Part shown: positions 1 through 11,610 of the stretch, one piece after another
Layout: the number at the start of each line of letters is the position of its first letter
How positions within the stretch are numbered: position 1 is the first letter of the stretch
Assembly (NCBI RefSeq): GCF_009834535.1
Contig: NC_045696.1
Coordinates: 1,986,001-2,050,000, forward strand
Source: Camelus ferus
Taxonomy: Eukaryota
Length of the DNA: 64,000 nucleotides
Direction of reading: 5' to 3'
The notes under the pieces: generated by a model
Database searches by the model: none
Seen by the model: the letters and a program-made list of their open reading frames with translations, nothing else
What the model was told of the DNA's origin: nothing
Program-made: the position numbers and the translations under genes

Positions 1-1361
1 GGCAGAGCCATGGAACCCCACGCTCCGTCTGTGCGGTGGAGTGGTGGGACGGCTCAGTGCACCTGGCCTGGGAAGGGGGCCTGCCAGAGGCGGGATAATG
101 CTACTGCTGCTGGAAAGAGAAGGCCGAGCAAAGCGCTGCAGGAGGGGCTGAACAGGGCCCTAACGACACAGGGCGGCGGGTACGCGCAGTGTCCCCATCC
201 TGCGCCCCACCCAGGGGAGCGGGCTGCTCTCCATCTGTGCAATCGAGTGGGCAGGATGCCCGCAGTGAGGGGGCCAGTCTGCTCAGCATCTGTCCTGTCT
301 GTCATGTTGCTGAATCCACCACAGAGGGCGGGCACTGGGGCCCTCCCTGGTGCTCGCCTGCATGAACAAGTGCTGCCCCCATGAGGCGTCCCAGGAGGCG
401 ACCTCCCTCCCTACCTCCCTGGGCACCAGCGCCTCCGTACCCAGGGGGATGGAGAGAGAAGCGGGAGGTGCGCCTGCAGGCTGACCGGGCAGGGCCCCCA
501 GTGGTGACAGTGGGTCCATGAAGGACGCTGACCCCTGGTGGGGCCCATCCCCTCCAGTCTCTGTGCCCCAGTCAGACTGGTAACCTCGTTCCTTTCCAGT
601 CGGCTGATAAAAGGCAGCGAGCCACCTGGCGGAGGGCCTGTTCACCACGGTGCTGCTGAGAGGCCTCCCCAGCCAGGGACGACCCCAAGCCTGCAGCCAC
701 TTGCTCCAGCACCGCCCTGGGACGCTCAAGTCAGAGCGGGACGAGGAGCCCCCGCTGGACGCTGGTGGGAAGGGCCACCGGACCAGCAGGTCTGACAGCG
801 GAGTCGCCATCACTTGTCTCCGGGGCCTCCGGGTGTGGTTACGGCCGACCTCGCCAGGCCAAGGACAGGGGTCCAGGCGTGGGCTGTGGCTGGGCCTGTG
901 ATGTGGCCCAGCGTGCGGCCGCCACAGAAGCCAGTCCTGGGGCGGCAGAGAAGGATCGGCCCGTGGCCCCTGGGGAAAGCAACCGAGAGCCACGGGTGTA
1001 GGAGACGATGCCCGCGGCAGCGGTGGCAGAGCACCGACGGGGCAGCAGCTGAGGGGCCGCTCCGAGCCGCATCAGGAAGGCGGCAGCCAGGCGCGGGCCA
1101 GGCAGGGACGGATACTCTGCTGGACGCTGACAGAACTGCCCCCCGCCCCCAACTAGGTCATCAGGAGAAATTACTATAACCACACAACCGCAGGATTTTC
1201 AGGGCTGGAAGGCACCTGTGACAGCGCATGAAACCCCCTGGGTTGTAACGAGGAAAGGGGCTGAGAGTTTCCGAAAGCACACAGCTCAGAGCAGCAGCTC
1301 CCACAGCGTGCCCGGCCGCCGCCCCCGCCCGCCCTGCAGGCCGTGCGGCGCACGCACCCAC

Positions 1362-1454
1362 CCGATGGGCTTCCCGGCCTGGTGGAACTCCTTCAGGACG
1401 CGCTCCACGTCTCGGTCCACCCGGCAGTCTTTCCCGTCCACGGCGAACGTGCTC
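1362..1454 (-). CDS. GATD3: GATD3 exon 5
   Basis: cag|[31 protein letters not shown]|gtgggt; 93 nt. Confidence 0.95.
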
Positions 1455-4400
1455 CTGCCACGAGAGAAGAGGCCTCCTGAGATCTCGGGGCCCCACGCTT
1501 GTGTGGGGAGCCCCCAGCCCACCCCAGGGGCCCTGTGCTCCCTTAACTTCTCAGCAACAGGAATAATTAACACGTGTGTGCAAGTACGTGTATGTGGCCT
1601 TTTATATAATTATATATCTTCCTTTTGTTTTTTAAAATATAAAGCAACATAGAAAAAAAAAGGAGGGGGGGCAGCAGAGGTGAACGGGGAAGCTGCCACA
1701 AGTCGGTGGGGGCTCAGGCCCTGAGCTACGCCCACACGGTCCTTGGGGGTTGATCCATCAATCGCGGAGCAGCAAGATGTGCCACCAGCGATGGATACTG
1801 CACCTCGCAGCAAGGGGAAGAGATGCAGAGTGCACAGGACCCCTCCTCTCTCTCCCGACAGCAAGACACTGAGGTATCTGCAGTGGTCTTCCTCTGGCTG
1901 GCAGACTCGCACCGGTACCACCTCTTGGGAAGATAAATTGCTGAGACTCAGCAAATGTCAAAGACCACACCTGTTTGCCAAGAGCTCCGCTTCCTGTTCT
2001 TGGGGTCGATGCCTCTGCCCCGGGTGCCTGGTGGTTGAGCGCCCAGGACAGGACAACTCATGGGCATGCTGGGTGCTCGCTACCATGCCGTGGGGCTGGC
2101 TTCTCAGGGTGTGTATGAGTCTCAAAGTGGGTCAGATTCTACACTTTAAACACACGTGTGTCACTCTCACCTCCAAAAAGCCATGAGGATGAAAGAGGAC
2201 TGGAGGCCACGAGCCCCCATCAGCACTGGGGGGCTCACGCAGCGGGGTCCACGTGTGCAGCTGTCAGACGATTAATGGACGAGCTGCAGAGCTATGTGAA
2301 AACACGCAGTGCAGAACAGAGGCTACCGTTTGGCTGGATCTTTAACACAGCCGTACGGCTCAACCTCTCAGAAATAAAAAGCCACCAATGGTACCAGGGA
2401 AGGGTCCACAGGAGGACCTGGGTTTCCACAGTGGACATCTGTCACACTGACCTTGCCTGCTGCCCGCTGCCTGCCACTCAGGAGACCACCAATGCAGAGC
2501 CGGCATTTCTTTGGAAAGGTCAGAATGGGAGCAGCGGCCACAGGCTGCAGCTTCCCCAGGGGTGTGAGCTCACACATGTGCAAACCTATCCAAAGCCCTG
2601 CTTCCTCGCGCGCCAACACAGCCCACCGCAACCCAAGGCTCCTGGAGCCGGCACTCCTCCGTCACCCGAGGTAGGTCAGCCACGCCAGGGACACATCCCA
2701 GCCGACCCTCAAACTACCCTCACGCCAGACTACCCTCCCATGGGCTCCTGGTCACAGAGGAGCTCTGCCATCTCCCAGCCAACCCCCCAGCAGACCCTCA
2801 AACTACCCTCACCCCAGACAAGGTCTAAGGGCCGAGGGGAGGTGATAGGTTTGTGAATCCAGCTCATCCTTCAGAGAAAGAAACCCTGGTTGCGTTGGAA
2901 GCACAAGTTCAGCCGCGGGGAATGACCCACTGTCTCCTGCCAGGAGGCTGATGAGGACAGTGACATGGAGAGAGCACTCCAGAGGCTAGATATGGGGAGA
3001 GGGGTGCACATGAGGAGGGCCAGTGGTCCCAGAGGGAGGAAGGACTGTGGGAAAATGAGTGGAAACCTGGAGAAAGGAGGTGTTCTGGTGACGCCCGCAA
3101 GCAGAGGGAGCCTGCGAGGTGCCAGGAGGCGGAAGGGCCAAGAGCAGAGCTGGACTTCAGGCAACAGAACCACCTCTGCCCTCACTCCGGGGTGCACTGG
3201 CTGCCTGAGGTCACAGCCAGGCACTGTGTCACCAGAGGCCCCGGGCCTGGGACAGAGCAACGTTCTCATCCGTGACACAGGAGAACACCTGATTTGCGGG
3301 TCTGTTGTTTCCGTCTATACGTGCATAGTCCGGGTTGGTACGCACACTACACTATGTTTAAAACCCCAAAACCGCGGGGCACAGCTGCTTCACATCTTCT
3401 CGCCCCGTGACAGCTGCGGGTGAACCCTTCTGTCTCCAGAGCAGCAGCCCTGCACCACTTTGGGAGGGATGTGCCGGGACCGCGAGGCCAGAGCGGGAGG
3501 AGGGCGAGGAACGAGAGAACAGAAAAATGACCTGGAGCCCAAAGCACCTCACAGCCTCCGGGAGAAGGTCCGCTTATCATGGCAGAAACCCAAAGAGCAG
3601 CCTGAGAAAGGACTCCCTTTCCCGTCAGGACCGTCATCCAAACAGCCCCACCGGAAAAGCAGTTTTCCGCACCACAAGGTCCACAGGAGAGCTGGTGACC
3701 ATGGGGAGCACACACACATGTGGGGAGAGCGGTTTTGCTGTGATCAGACTCCACATGGCACCTGGCTCAGAGGGCGCCCGTGTCCCCGACAGCGGCCAGG
3801 CCCCACCTGCGCTCAGGAAGAAGCCGAGGAAATGCGGCCAAGCCTCCTCCCATAGGTTCCTGGTCACAGAGCAGCTCCACCACCGCCTGGCTGACCCCCC
3901 AGCAGCGGCTCCCGTCACCACCGCGTCCCCCTCTAACGCTCCAGGGGAAAAGCAGAGGGACCCGAGCTGGAACACGCACAAGTTTTTGGCAGCTCCAAAG
4001 CCCCCGGGGAAGATGGCGGCGTCGTGGTCAGCAGCACGGAGCTTGGCCAGGTCGGTGATCTTGCCACGGGCGATCCTTGCTGACTCCGTCAGAACGTTCC
4101 TGGAAAAGAGAAGAGAAAGGCCCCCAGAAAGGTTCAGTGCGCCGACAGACAACAGATGGAGGGGCAGACGGGATACAGGTGGGAGGAGCCCGCCACGGGA
4201 CAGGAGGATGCGTTTTCCCAGCCTGGAGAAGCGCACTCACAGGCCAGGGTCACTTTCTAGGAAAGGTGCCACAGCCACAGGGACCTGGCTCTGTGCTCAG
4301 ATCAGATTGGCACTTAAGAACCTCCCCAGATTATGCAGACTCCTGGGTCGGTCAGGGCCACCAAAAAGACAGGAACCCTTCCGCGTACCTGAGCAGACGG

Positions 4401-6996
4401 CACTCAATGCAAGGAACTGGCAGATGATGGAACAGAGCAGGGACAGTTAAGAAGCAACCTCAAGGGATGAGTGAAACAGCCCCAGGTTCGGCCACGAAAG
4501 GAGTCCCTATGAGCCCAGGCTGTGCAGCCCCGGGCCAGTGTCTGGCCGGGGGAAACACAGCCCCCAGGAGTCAGAGCTGCTTCTCCCCCCCTGCCCCATG
4601 TGGAAGGCACTTGGGAACCACAGCCTGCAGTCCAGGCAGGGCAGGAGGGGAGAGGTGGGTCTTAGAGGACACAAGGCCAGGACTGCACACCCTCAGGGAC
4701 AGAAACGCTTCTAGGAGCTGCTCAAAGACACCTGGGGCCCAAACAAGTGAATGAGGTTCGTGACCAGATGCACACACACGCCTCTGGTCAAAATGAAGGT
4801 ACGAGGGGCTCGCTCAGTAGGAATTTTCCTTCACTGTTTTGGCAACACTGGAAGGTGAGGAACATTCCAAGGCTCAGAGCTTTATCACAGAACAGCCTGA
4901 GGACTGCTGCTCTGAAGTCCACCAGAACATGGACTTGGCTCCCAGCTAAAATGAAGTAATTGTGTGCAGGATCTCGGGGAGTTTCAACTCACTGCCGTGC
5001 ACATCCCAGGGTGAGTAGGGGCACATACCTGGTCTCACCCTCAGAAGGCTGCCCCTTTGTGTGGTCAATCACGTGCATCTGAGAGATGTCAGGAGCAAAG
5101 ATCTGGACCTCGGCCCCACCACGGCTCAGGTGAACCAGGATCCTGCCCGGGAAGAAATCAGACAAGTCTCTGACGTGTGCCCAATCCAGCTTTACCTTAC
5201 AATGGGTTTTTAAAAAAAGGATTTTAGCTGAGTGATAACTAGAAACCTCTTACCTAAGTTAACCTCTGTTTACTTTGCAAAAAATTATGGTTGGCTTACT
5301 AACGACCGTTTGAGTGTAATGTCACTGAACTGTCTACGAAGACCACTGAGCCCTGAAGCTCCCTTTGCAAACCAGGGCGCAGAGACAGGTGACCCGGCTG
5401 GTGTCACAGCCTGGGTATTTGGGTTCCTAGGCTACTCTGGGGCACTCTTCCCCCAACAGGCCCATCGACGATGGCCTTGAGGGTTTGAGAGCTTTTGGTC
5501 TCCAAGGTGAGATCAGTTCCTGGTCTCCACTCCCGTCAAAGGAGTGGGGAAACACAGGCATTCCTGAGGGCTGTGGACTACCTGCCCCTGCCCCTGCCCC
5601 CAGAGGCAGCATTTACCAAGGGTTGCTCTGTGCCAGGCCCAAGTCCAAATGCCAGCAGGCAACCCAACCCCCCCCTTACAGACAGGGAGTGCTGTCACTA
5701 CCCCCTTACAGGCAAGGAGGAGGCACAAGAGTGTGACCCCAAGATCACAGCCCTTCACTGGCAGGGCTAGGACCACCTGGACTTGGACGCTGCTCCTAGG
5801 AACCTCTCAGACACACAGGCAACTCCTTGCTCTGCTGGGCAGGTTTTAAGCTGCTGGCGGCTACTCCAGCCTCCTCGTCTCGTGCCCCCTCTCCCAGCCT
5901 CCATCAGGAAACTCGTCTGGCCCTCTGCCCCCACCAGCCCAGCACACTCCAAAGTTCGCGTCTTGTCTAGCCAACACCAGCACGTGCTGGCCATCCCCAA
6001 TGAGAAGGCTGGGCAGCCATGCATAGTTACCAGCCTCTGGCTCCTCTGGGTACCAGAGAGGCCCTGGGCTTGGGACGGGGGTGTCCTAACTCTCCCCCCA
6101 CAACTTAGACTCCAAACTTGACAGTCCCCACCGTCCTGCTCACAGGAACTTCTAAGTAAATAAAAAATCAAAATACAAACTACTGAGCAACAGCTGACAG
6201 GTTACATCACTGACACTCGTCTACAGAGAGGCTGCTGCACAGCCCTTAAAACCGCGCCGCAAAGATAGAAAATAGCTCTGGTTCCAAAACGCAGGGCAGT
6301 GTGATTCCAACAGCGGGGGTGGAAAAACAGCAGCCGGAGGTGTGAAGTGGTTTCCGCTGAGGGACAGCATCACCGGTGCTACTAAAAGCTCGTTCTGTGT
6401 CTCCCTGTATCTCACACGCGTGATTCACACGTTTCCGCTCCCGCCTCTCTGTGTCGCGTCAGTCATCTCCGCCTCTCTAATCAGGAGACGGGTTTCTGCC
6501 AACGGTTCAGAGGACCGCCCCTCCCGACGGCGAGCGGCCCAGGGGCTTACGATGAGGCCTCGTGGAGCTCAGTCCCGTCGTAGACGCCGCATCCGGACAG
6601 CACCTGCGGGAGTGGAGCGGCGGTCAGGGGGGGGGTCACGGGGCCCACCGGGCGGGCGGACCTGGGGGGAGGGGCCGACGTGGGGGGAGCGACGTGGGGG
6701 AGCCAGAGGGGCCGACCTGCGGGGAAAGGGGCGGACTTCATGGGGGAGGGACCGGCCGCGGGCGGGGGTGGGTGGGAAGGTCGACCTCGGCCCGCCCCGC
6801 CCCCACGCCCCCTCGTCCCCATGCCCCGCCCGCTCACCAGCGCGACCCTGGTCCCGGGGCGCGGCGCGGAGGCGTGGAGGGCCGCGCGCGGGGTGGCCGC
6901 CAGTCCGCTCAAGGGCAGAGGCAGCAGGACGGGGCGCAGCGCGAACAAGGGGGTCACCGCCAGCCTGGACGCCAGCAGAGACCTGAGGGCCGCCAT
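1362..6996 (-). CDS. GATD3: Glutamine amidotransferase-like class 1 domain-containing protein 3 (ES1 homolog, mitochondrial; DJ-1/PfpI superfamily), exons 1-5; 3' exons outside the window
   Basis: Exons 6838-6996, 6551-6603, 5029-5142, 3980-4099 and 1362-1454 join in frame via GT-AG introns to give [12 protein letters not shown]...[31 protein letters not shown]...[18 protein letters not shown]...GKPIG, the ES1/GATD3 signature. The N-terminus looks like an Arg/Ala/Leu-rich transit peptide. Confidence 0.96.
3980..4099 (-). CDS. GATD3: GATD3 exon 4
   Basis: cag|[17 protein letters not shown]...[11 protein letters not shown]|gtgcgt; 120 nt. Confidence 0.95.
5029..5142 (-). CDS. GATD3: GATD3 exon 3
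   Basis: cag|[38 protein letters not shown]|gtatgt; 114 nt. Confidence 0.95.
6551..6603 (-). CDS. GATD3: GATD3 exon 2
   Basis: cag|[17 protein letters not shown]|gtaag; 53 nt. Confidence 0.95.
6838..6996 (-). CDS. GATD3: GATD3 coding exon 1
   Basis: ATG at 6996; [10 protein letters not shown]...PGTRVAL; donor gtgag; 159 nt. Confidence 0.93.
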
Positions 6997-7359
6997 GCTG
7001 CACTGGGACAGCGGGGTCACAGGGTCACGGTGGGCGGGCCCGCGCCTGCGCAGTTGCCCGTGGCTAGGGCTCAGCCTCGCGAGTGCTGGAGGCCAGACTT
7101 CGGGTCCGTGTGGCCTGGGGCATTGCCCGTTCCTCGCCGTTGGCGTTCCCAGGAGGAGCGCTTCGCTAAGATACGGCCTCCGGTGTCGCCGTCAGGCCTC
7201 AACGTGACTCCGTGACACCAAGTGGCCGGCCCCCAGATGTCCAGTTCCCATCACCGCCCCGTTTTCCTGGCCGTGCGCAGTCGGGACCCACGTGGGGTCC
7301 TCACTCCCGGCGCCCCCTGCAGCTGCTTGCCTTAGAATTTCCACTGACGTTGGCCCTTT

Positions 7360-7828
7360 TGTAAAGGAGCTCGCTGTGCAACGGAGGCCAGGTTTCTGCA
7401 GACAGCGGGCTTGACCGCAGGGGTCTCGGGAAGGAAGCCGGAGCGATGCTCAGATCCGTGGCGCCATGGGCTTTGGGCTGGGGTATTTGCCAGGGAAGTA
7501 TGGAGCAGGAAGGGGAGGGGGCTGGGATGTGATTGGTGGGAAGCAATGTGGGTTTCAAGAGCTCTTTACGCAGCGCGGGGACCCCCTCTTCCTGCCTCTT
7601 CATGGGTCGCATGTGCAAATTGGGGGGGATGGGTCATACGTAACATGCATTGGATTTTCCACCTGTGAGGTCTAGAGTTCACTGGCCCTCCTTCTAGCCC
7701 CTCGGTGTGCCTGCTGTCAGCACGTTGTTTCCTATCTGCCGTTTCCCTGGTCTGCAAACGGAGCTTGGTGTTGGCTGTATCATCTTGTTTCTACCTCATG
7801 GGCCTTGTAAATTACAGGGTATGTTTCA
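7360..7828 (-). mobile_element. 3' LTR of the provirus
   Basis: Starts TGAAAC after the post-env motif agcagcaagaagcagctggagcgggtggtcgccc and a degenerate purine tract; contains CCAAT and an AAATACCCC TATA-like box; ends ...TTTACA at 7360. The 7360 end is the less certain boundary. Confidence 0.65.
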
Positions 7829-8060
7829 GTCCACTGCTGTCTTTGGTTTATTCCTCAATCTTGAGGGATCAGGGGCGACCACCCGCTCCAGCTGCTTCTT
7901 GCTGCTAAGGGGTGCAGGCCCAGCAAGGGCTTCAGGAGTGAAACAGGTTTACATTGAGCTGTTGGAGGGGTTGGTATCGCTTCAGTTCCGGGTGATGACA
8001 GGAAAACTGGTGGCCTACAGCCTTTGAGACAAACTTGACAAGAAAGTTAGGAATTATAAG

Positions 8061-8836
8061 CCCAGACAGGCATGTGAACGATGCTCAACATCGTTAATTG
8101 TCAGAGAAATGCGAATCAAAACTACAATGAGTTATCACCTCATACCTGTCAGAATGGCCATCATCAAAGTCTACAAATAATAAATGCTGGTGAGGGTGTG
8201 GAGAACAGGGATCCCTCCTACACTGATGGTGGGAATGCAAACTGGTGCAACCAGTATGGAGGCTCCTTAAAAAACTAAAAATAGGCCTGCCATATGATCC
8301 AGCAGTCCCGCTCCTGGGCATACATCAGGAAAAGATAAAAACTCTAATTCAAAAAGATACATGCACCCTAATTGTTCATAGCAGCACTAGTTACAATAGC
8401 CAACACATGGAAACTTAGCCATTAAAAAAAGTGAAATAATGCCATCTGCAGCAACGCAGATGGTCCTAGAGATAATCACACTGACTAAAGTCAGAGAAAA
8501 ACAAATATACCACTTACATGTGGAATCTAAAAAATACAAATGAATATACTTATAGAACAGAAACAGACTGACAGACACAGAAAACAAACTTACGGTTACC
8601 AAAGGAGGGAGGGGCAAGGGATAAATTAGGAGTATGGAATTAACAGATACATACCACTGTATCTAAAATAGACAACAAAGGATTTACTCTATAGCCCAGG
8701 GAACTTTAATAACCTAAAATAGTCAAGAATCTGAAATACATATGTATAACTGAATCACTTTGCTGTACATCTGAAACTAACAATATTGTAAATCAATTAT
8801 GTTTGAATTTAAATAAGTAAATAAATAAATTTAAAA
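8061..8836 (+). mobile_element. 5'-truncated LINE-1 (end of ORF2, 3'UTR and A-rich tail) inserted in env
   Basis: Typical L1 3' sequence (gatgctcaacatcg...aaaactacaatgag...tatgatccagcagtcccgctcctgggcatac); tail aaataagtaaataaataaa; removing it rejoins the env TM frame. Confidence 0.92.
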
Positions 8837-9350
8837 CATTAAGGGGCTCAAACAGAAGAATCAACGTGGCTGTGACCAAAGGAAATGTCAGTGGGCATAG
8901 CCATGTAACCAAGACTTACTGGGGAGAAAATGCTTTGTATAAAGAATTCCACGTCTCCTGGGCAGGATTACCGATCCCGCGTAACCAGCTGTCCTGTTGG
9001 TGTGTTTTCTGTTATCTTGCTCCACTGGTCCTGTGGTACCTGTCCTTGTGTGGCAGGCGCTGTTAGCAACCACACAGACATGGCCTTGCTCCGCGAGGAG
9101 GTAATCCAGGGCTGTTCTAGGATCTGAGGAGTTCACCAACATCTTGAATTGGTCTAAACTGGAGGCTAGTGTTTTGCTCAGTACCCCCATAGAGGCCATT
9201 AGATTTTGAAGGGTAGTCTCGTGGCCAGCACGCCCTTCCCGCGGTGCTGCTGGTCCTAGTGCCGAGCCTGCACCTGTGATCATCAGTCCTGAGGCGCTCC
9301 TCCTTTTTGTCTGCTTTCCTGGGGGAAGAATACTTATCTCAGAGTGGACA

Positions 9351-9832
9351 TGTTACCGACCCTTTTGAGTCAGGCCCCAACAGGGGTCCTCCTGCCTGGT
9401 GTCACTAACACCAATAAAACCAAACCAAGTGGTTTCAGGAACAAAGGGAAGGTTTATTCTTTGATCAAAGGATGGAGAAGGCGGAGCTTCCACTCTGGAG
9501 CACACACGCTCCCCTGAAAGGCCGTCAGCAGAGCTGCTTTACAGGGTCCTTGTCTGGAGGGAGGGGCGGCGTCTGCGAGTCGGGTGGAGTCACGTGCTCA
9601 CCGCGGTCCAGAGGGAAGAGCCAGGTGCAGCATTTCTGCACACAGCACGCTGTTGCCATCTTGAATTGAGGTGTCGTGAGCAGCCCCTCTGCACACGGCT
9701 CGCCAAGTCAGGGTGTCAGACCTAGAGGTTTTGCACTAGGAACTGATCCGATGTGTTAGGTGTGAGGCCTCTGCACAGGGCCCCCTGCCAGCAAGTGAAA
9801 CTAGACTAAGCACCAGAGGTTAGGCCTTAACA
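9351..9832 (-). mobile_element. Solo LTR of a second family nested in env
   Basis: 482 bp bounded by the inverted termini TGTTA...TAACA; minus-strand AATAAA at 9453-9458; env-like sequence on both sides; no clear TSD. Confidence 0.65.
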
Positions 9833-10941
9833 CCTAGATTCCATCTCATCTTTCCTGGGGGCCACAGGGGCTTTGTTGGTGACATTTCCTTTGGGCAGTT
9901 GGCTCTCTGGGCCCCAGAGAAACAACTCCCAGTTGCGTATTATCACCCACATGTTTTTCTGGAGAGAAAAGGGCTGAGGCCAAAGACGAGTTAGTGGCAC
10001 ACGAGTGACACAAGGAAGACAATGGGCCCAACTCGTAGGGTCTGGTAAGCCACAGCCCTCCTTGGGGGCCTGTTTCACTGGTTTTATTTTGGCATGCTTG
10101 AGCCATTCTTGCTGCTGGAGGGGCTCTCGGTAGCCAGCATGTTGTCAGGCCCTCTGGGAAAGACGGGAGCATCCTGGCAGGCTCGCCTGTTTGGTTGGGG
10201 TCCGTGCCCAGGCTGACCCATTTTGGACTCCCCCCTGGAGTGGTCGCAACTCGTAAGGCTGGCATCAGCGAGCTGTCCTGGATTGCGGGAGAGTGGTGGG
10301 TCCGAGCTCTGAAGGGAGGCATATAAGTTCTCAGCATTAAGAGAATTGCATAGTGTGCAAGGAGAAGTCTTATTAATACCAGGGAATTTCTGTTTTGGGA
10401 GTGGATGCTAGGGAGGCCTCTAGAGGAAGGTCAAGGTCATATTATTTAGTTCTCTTTCAATTAATGGGGGAGCTGGGAGACGTTTTTGGCTGGCAGGGCT
10501 GAGTATATTTTTCCCCAACTACGAGGATTAGGATGACAGACCCAGGTCCCTCTTCACCCTTGCTGCAATGGTTTTTGAGAGCCGATTCAGTTTTTGTATC
10601 CCAAGCTCAGTGCGGGACAACTGGCAGGAAGCAGGGGGAAGAGGGGAAAAAAAAAAAAACAGGGTCCACCCAGTTCTCTTCACGCCCATGGGGATTGTTG
10701 ACAGGTGAGTTATTTGTGTCTGAAAATACAGGACTGTGAGTGTATTTATCTTCTGGCTTAGTAGGTCGGGACAGAAGGGCTCTGGGAGACACTGTTCTGT
10801 TCACACAGGGAACGACTGCACACTCAGGTGCCACACAGACTTTCACAAGAGACAAGACCACACCGACGACAAGCAAACAACCCTGCTGGACTGGTGAGGA
10901 CCCGCCTGCTAGTCAGCCTGGACACCTCCTCATTTTCCTCC

Positions 10942-11610
10942 TTATAGTTTCTTCCTCGAAAGCAATTTAAGCTCATTAAGGGCGCGTAGTCACAGCGGGG
11001 AGTGCAAAGTCAGTGTTGGGGTCTGCCACCAACCCACGTCCGGACATCCCGAGTTCTGTGACACTCCCTCTCTAGTTCCTGTTCCCTGTCTTACTTGGAT
11101 GGAGTGGTCTTGGCGGTTCCCTGGGCTGGGCGGGAACTAACCTGACTCATGAGTGGCGCACCCAGGGCTTCATTCCCTGCAGCTATACAGAGGAGCGAGT
11201 CACCACGAGCACCTCGTTCAGTCCTACCCCACCCCCGGGGCTGGAGCTGGTCTCTAGGATGCTTGATCCTGCCGGGACTTCAGTGGTGCCCAGTCTCCTG
11301 GACACAGAAGAATAGGAGGATGAGGAGGAAACATTAATCTGCTAGAGGCGAATTTACAGAGAGCAGTTAATGAACAGCCTAAGGTCTATACATAGCTGAC
11401 AAGCTCAAGTTCTTCACCTCTTTGGCCCTCTGGATTCCCCAGGTCACATGTGCTGTAGAGGACGGTCTCCCAAGTAACATCCCACAGGGGCTCCTTGGGA
11501 GCCTGCTTTGGGACAATGGGCAAGGTCTTGTCCCAGGTCAGGTTAGTTTCTTGGCAAATCTTTGCCAAAGTCTTCTTTAAGGTATAGTCTGTCTCTAAAA
11601 TTATCCTCAT
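10942..11610 (-). pseudogene. ERV pol integrase remnant (C-terminal part)
   Basis: TLKKTLAKICQETNLTWDKTLPI and VLVVTRSSV*LQGMKPWVRHS*VR resemble class I ERV integrase; ends LKLLSRKKL*. Confidence 0.8.

Larger units (their letters stand above)
6380..7330. promoter_or_regulatory. CpG island / GATD3 promoter
   Basis: Dense CpG around exons 1-2; NRF1-type TGCGCAGGCGCG (7041-7052, minus), E-box CACGTG (7289-7294), GGGTCA-N2-GGGTCA (7014-7027). Confidence 0.8.
7960..10933 (-). pseudogene. ERV env remnant (EnvV-like), split by an L1 and a solo LTR
   Basis: Basic cleavage-like site and fusion peptide TKRRSASGLMITGAGSALGPAAP; ISD/CX6CC-like RTALDYLLAEQGHVCVVANSACHT; TM WLCPLTFPLVTATLILLFEP|LIIPNFLVKFVS; multiple stops and frameshifts. 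Confidence 0.85.

Noticed and set aside
1..1361. Search for GATD3 exons 6-7 (LCCIAPVL... motif)
   Set aside because: Not found on the minus strand; presumably beyond the window edge rather than lost.
2703..2819. Short direct duplications (gaccctcaaactaccctcac x2; similar pairs near 5670-5716 and 27403-27443)
   Set aside because: Only two copies each, typical of local slippage; not a CRISPR-like array or element termini.
3407..4450. 347-aa plus-strand ORF
   Set aside because: Antisense to GATD3 exon 4 and flanking introns, no recognisable family, and begins at a non-ATG codon.
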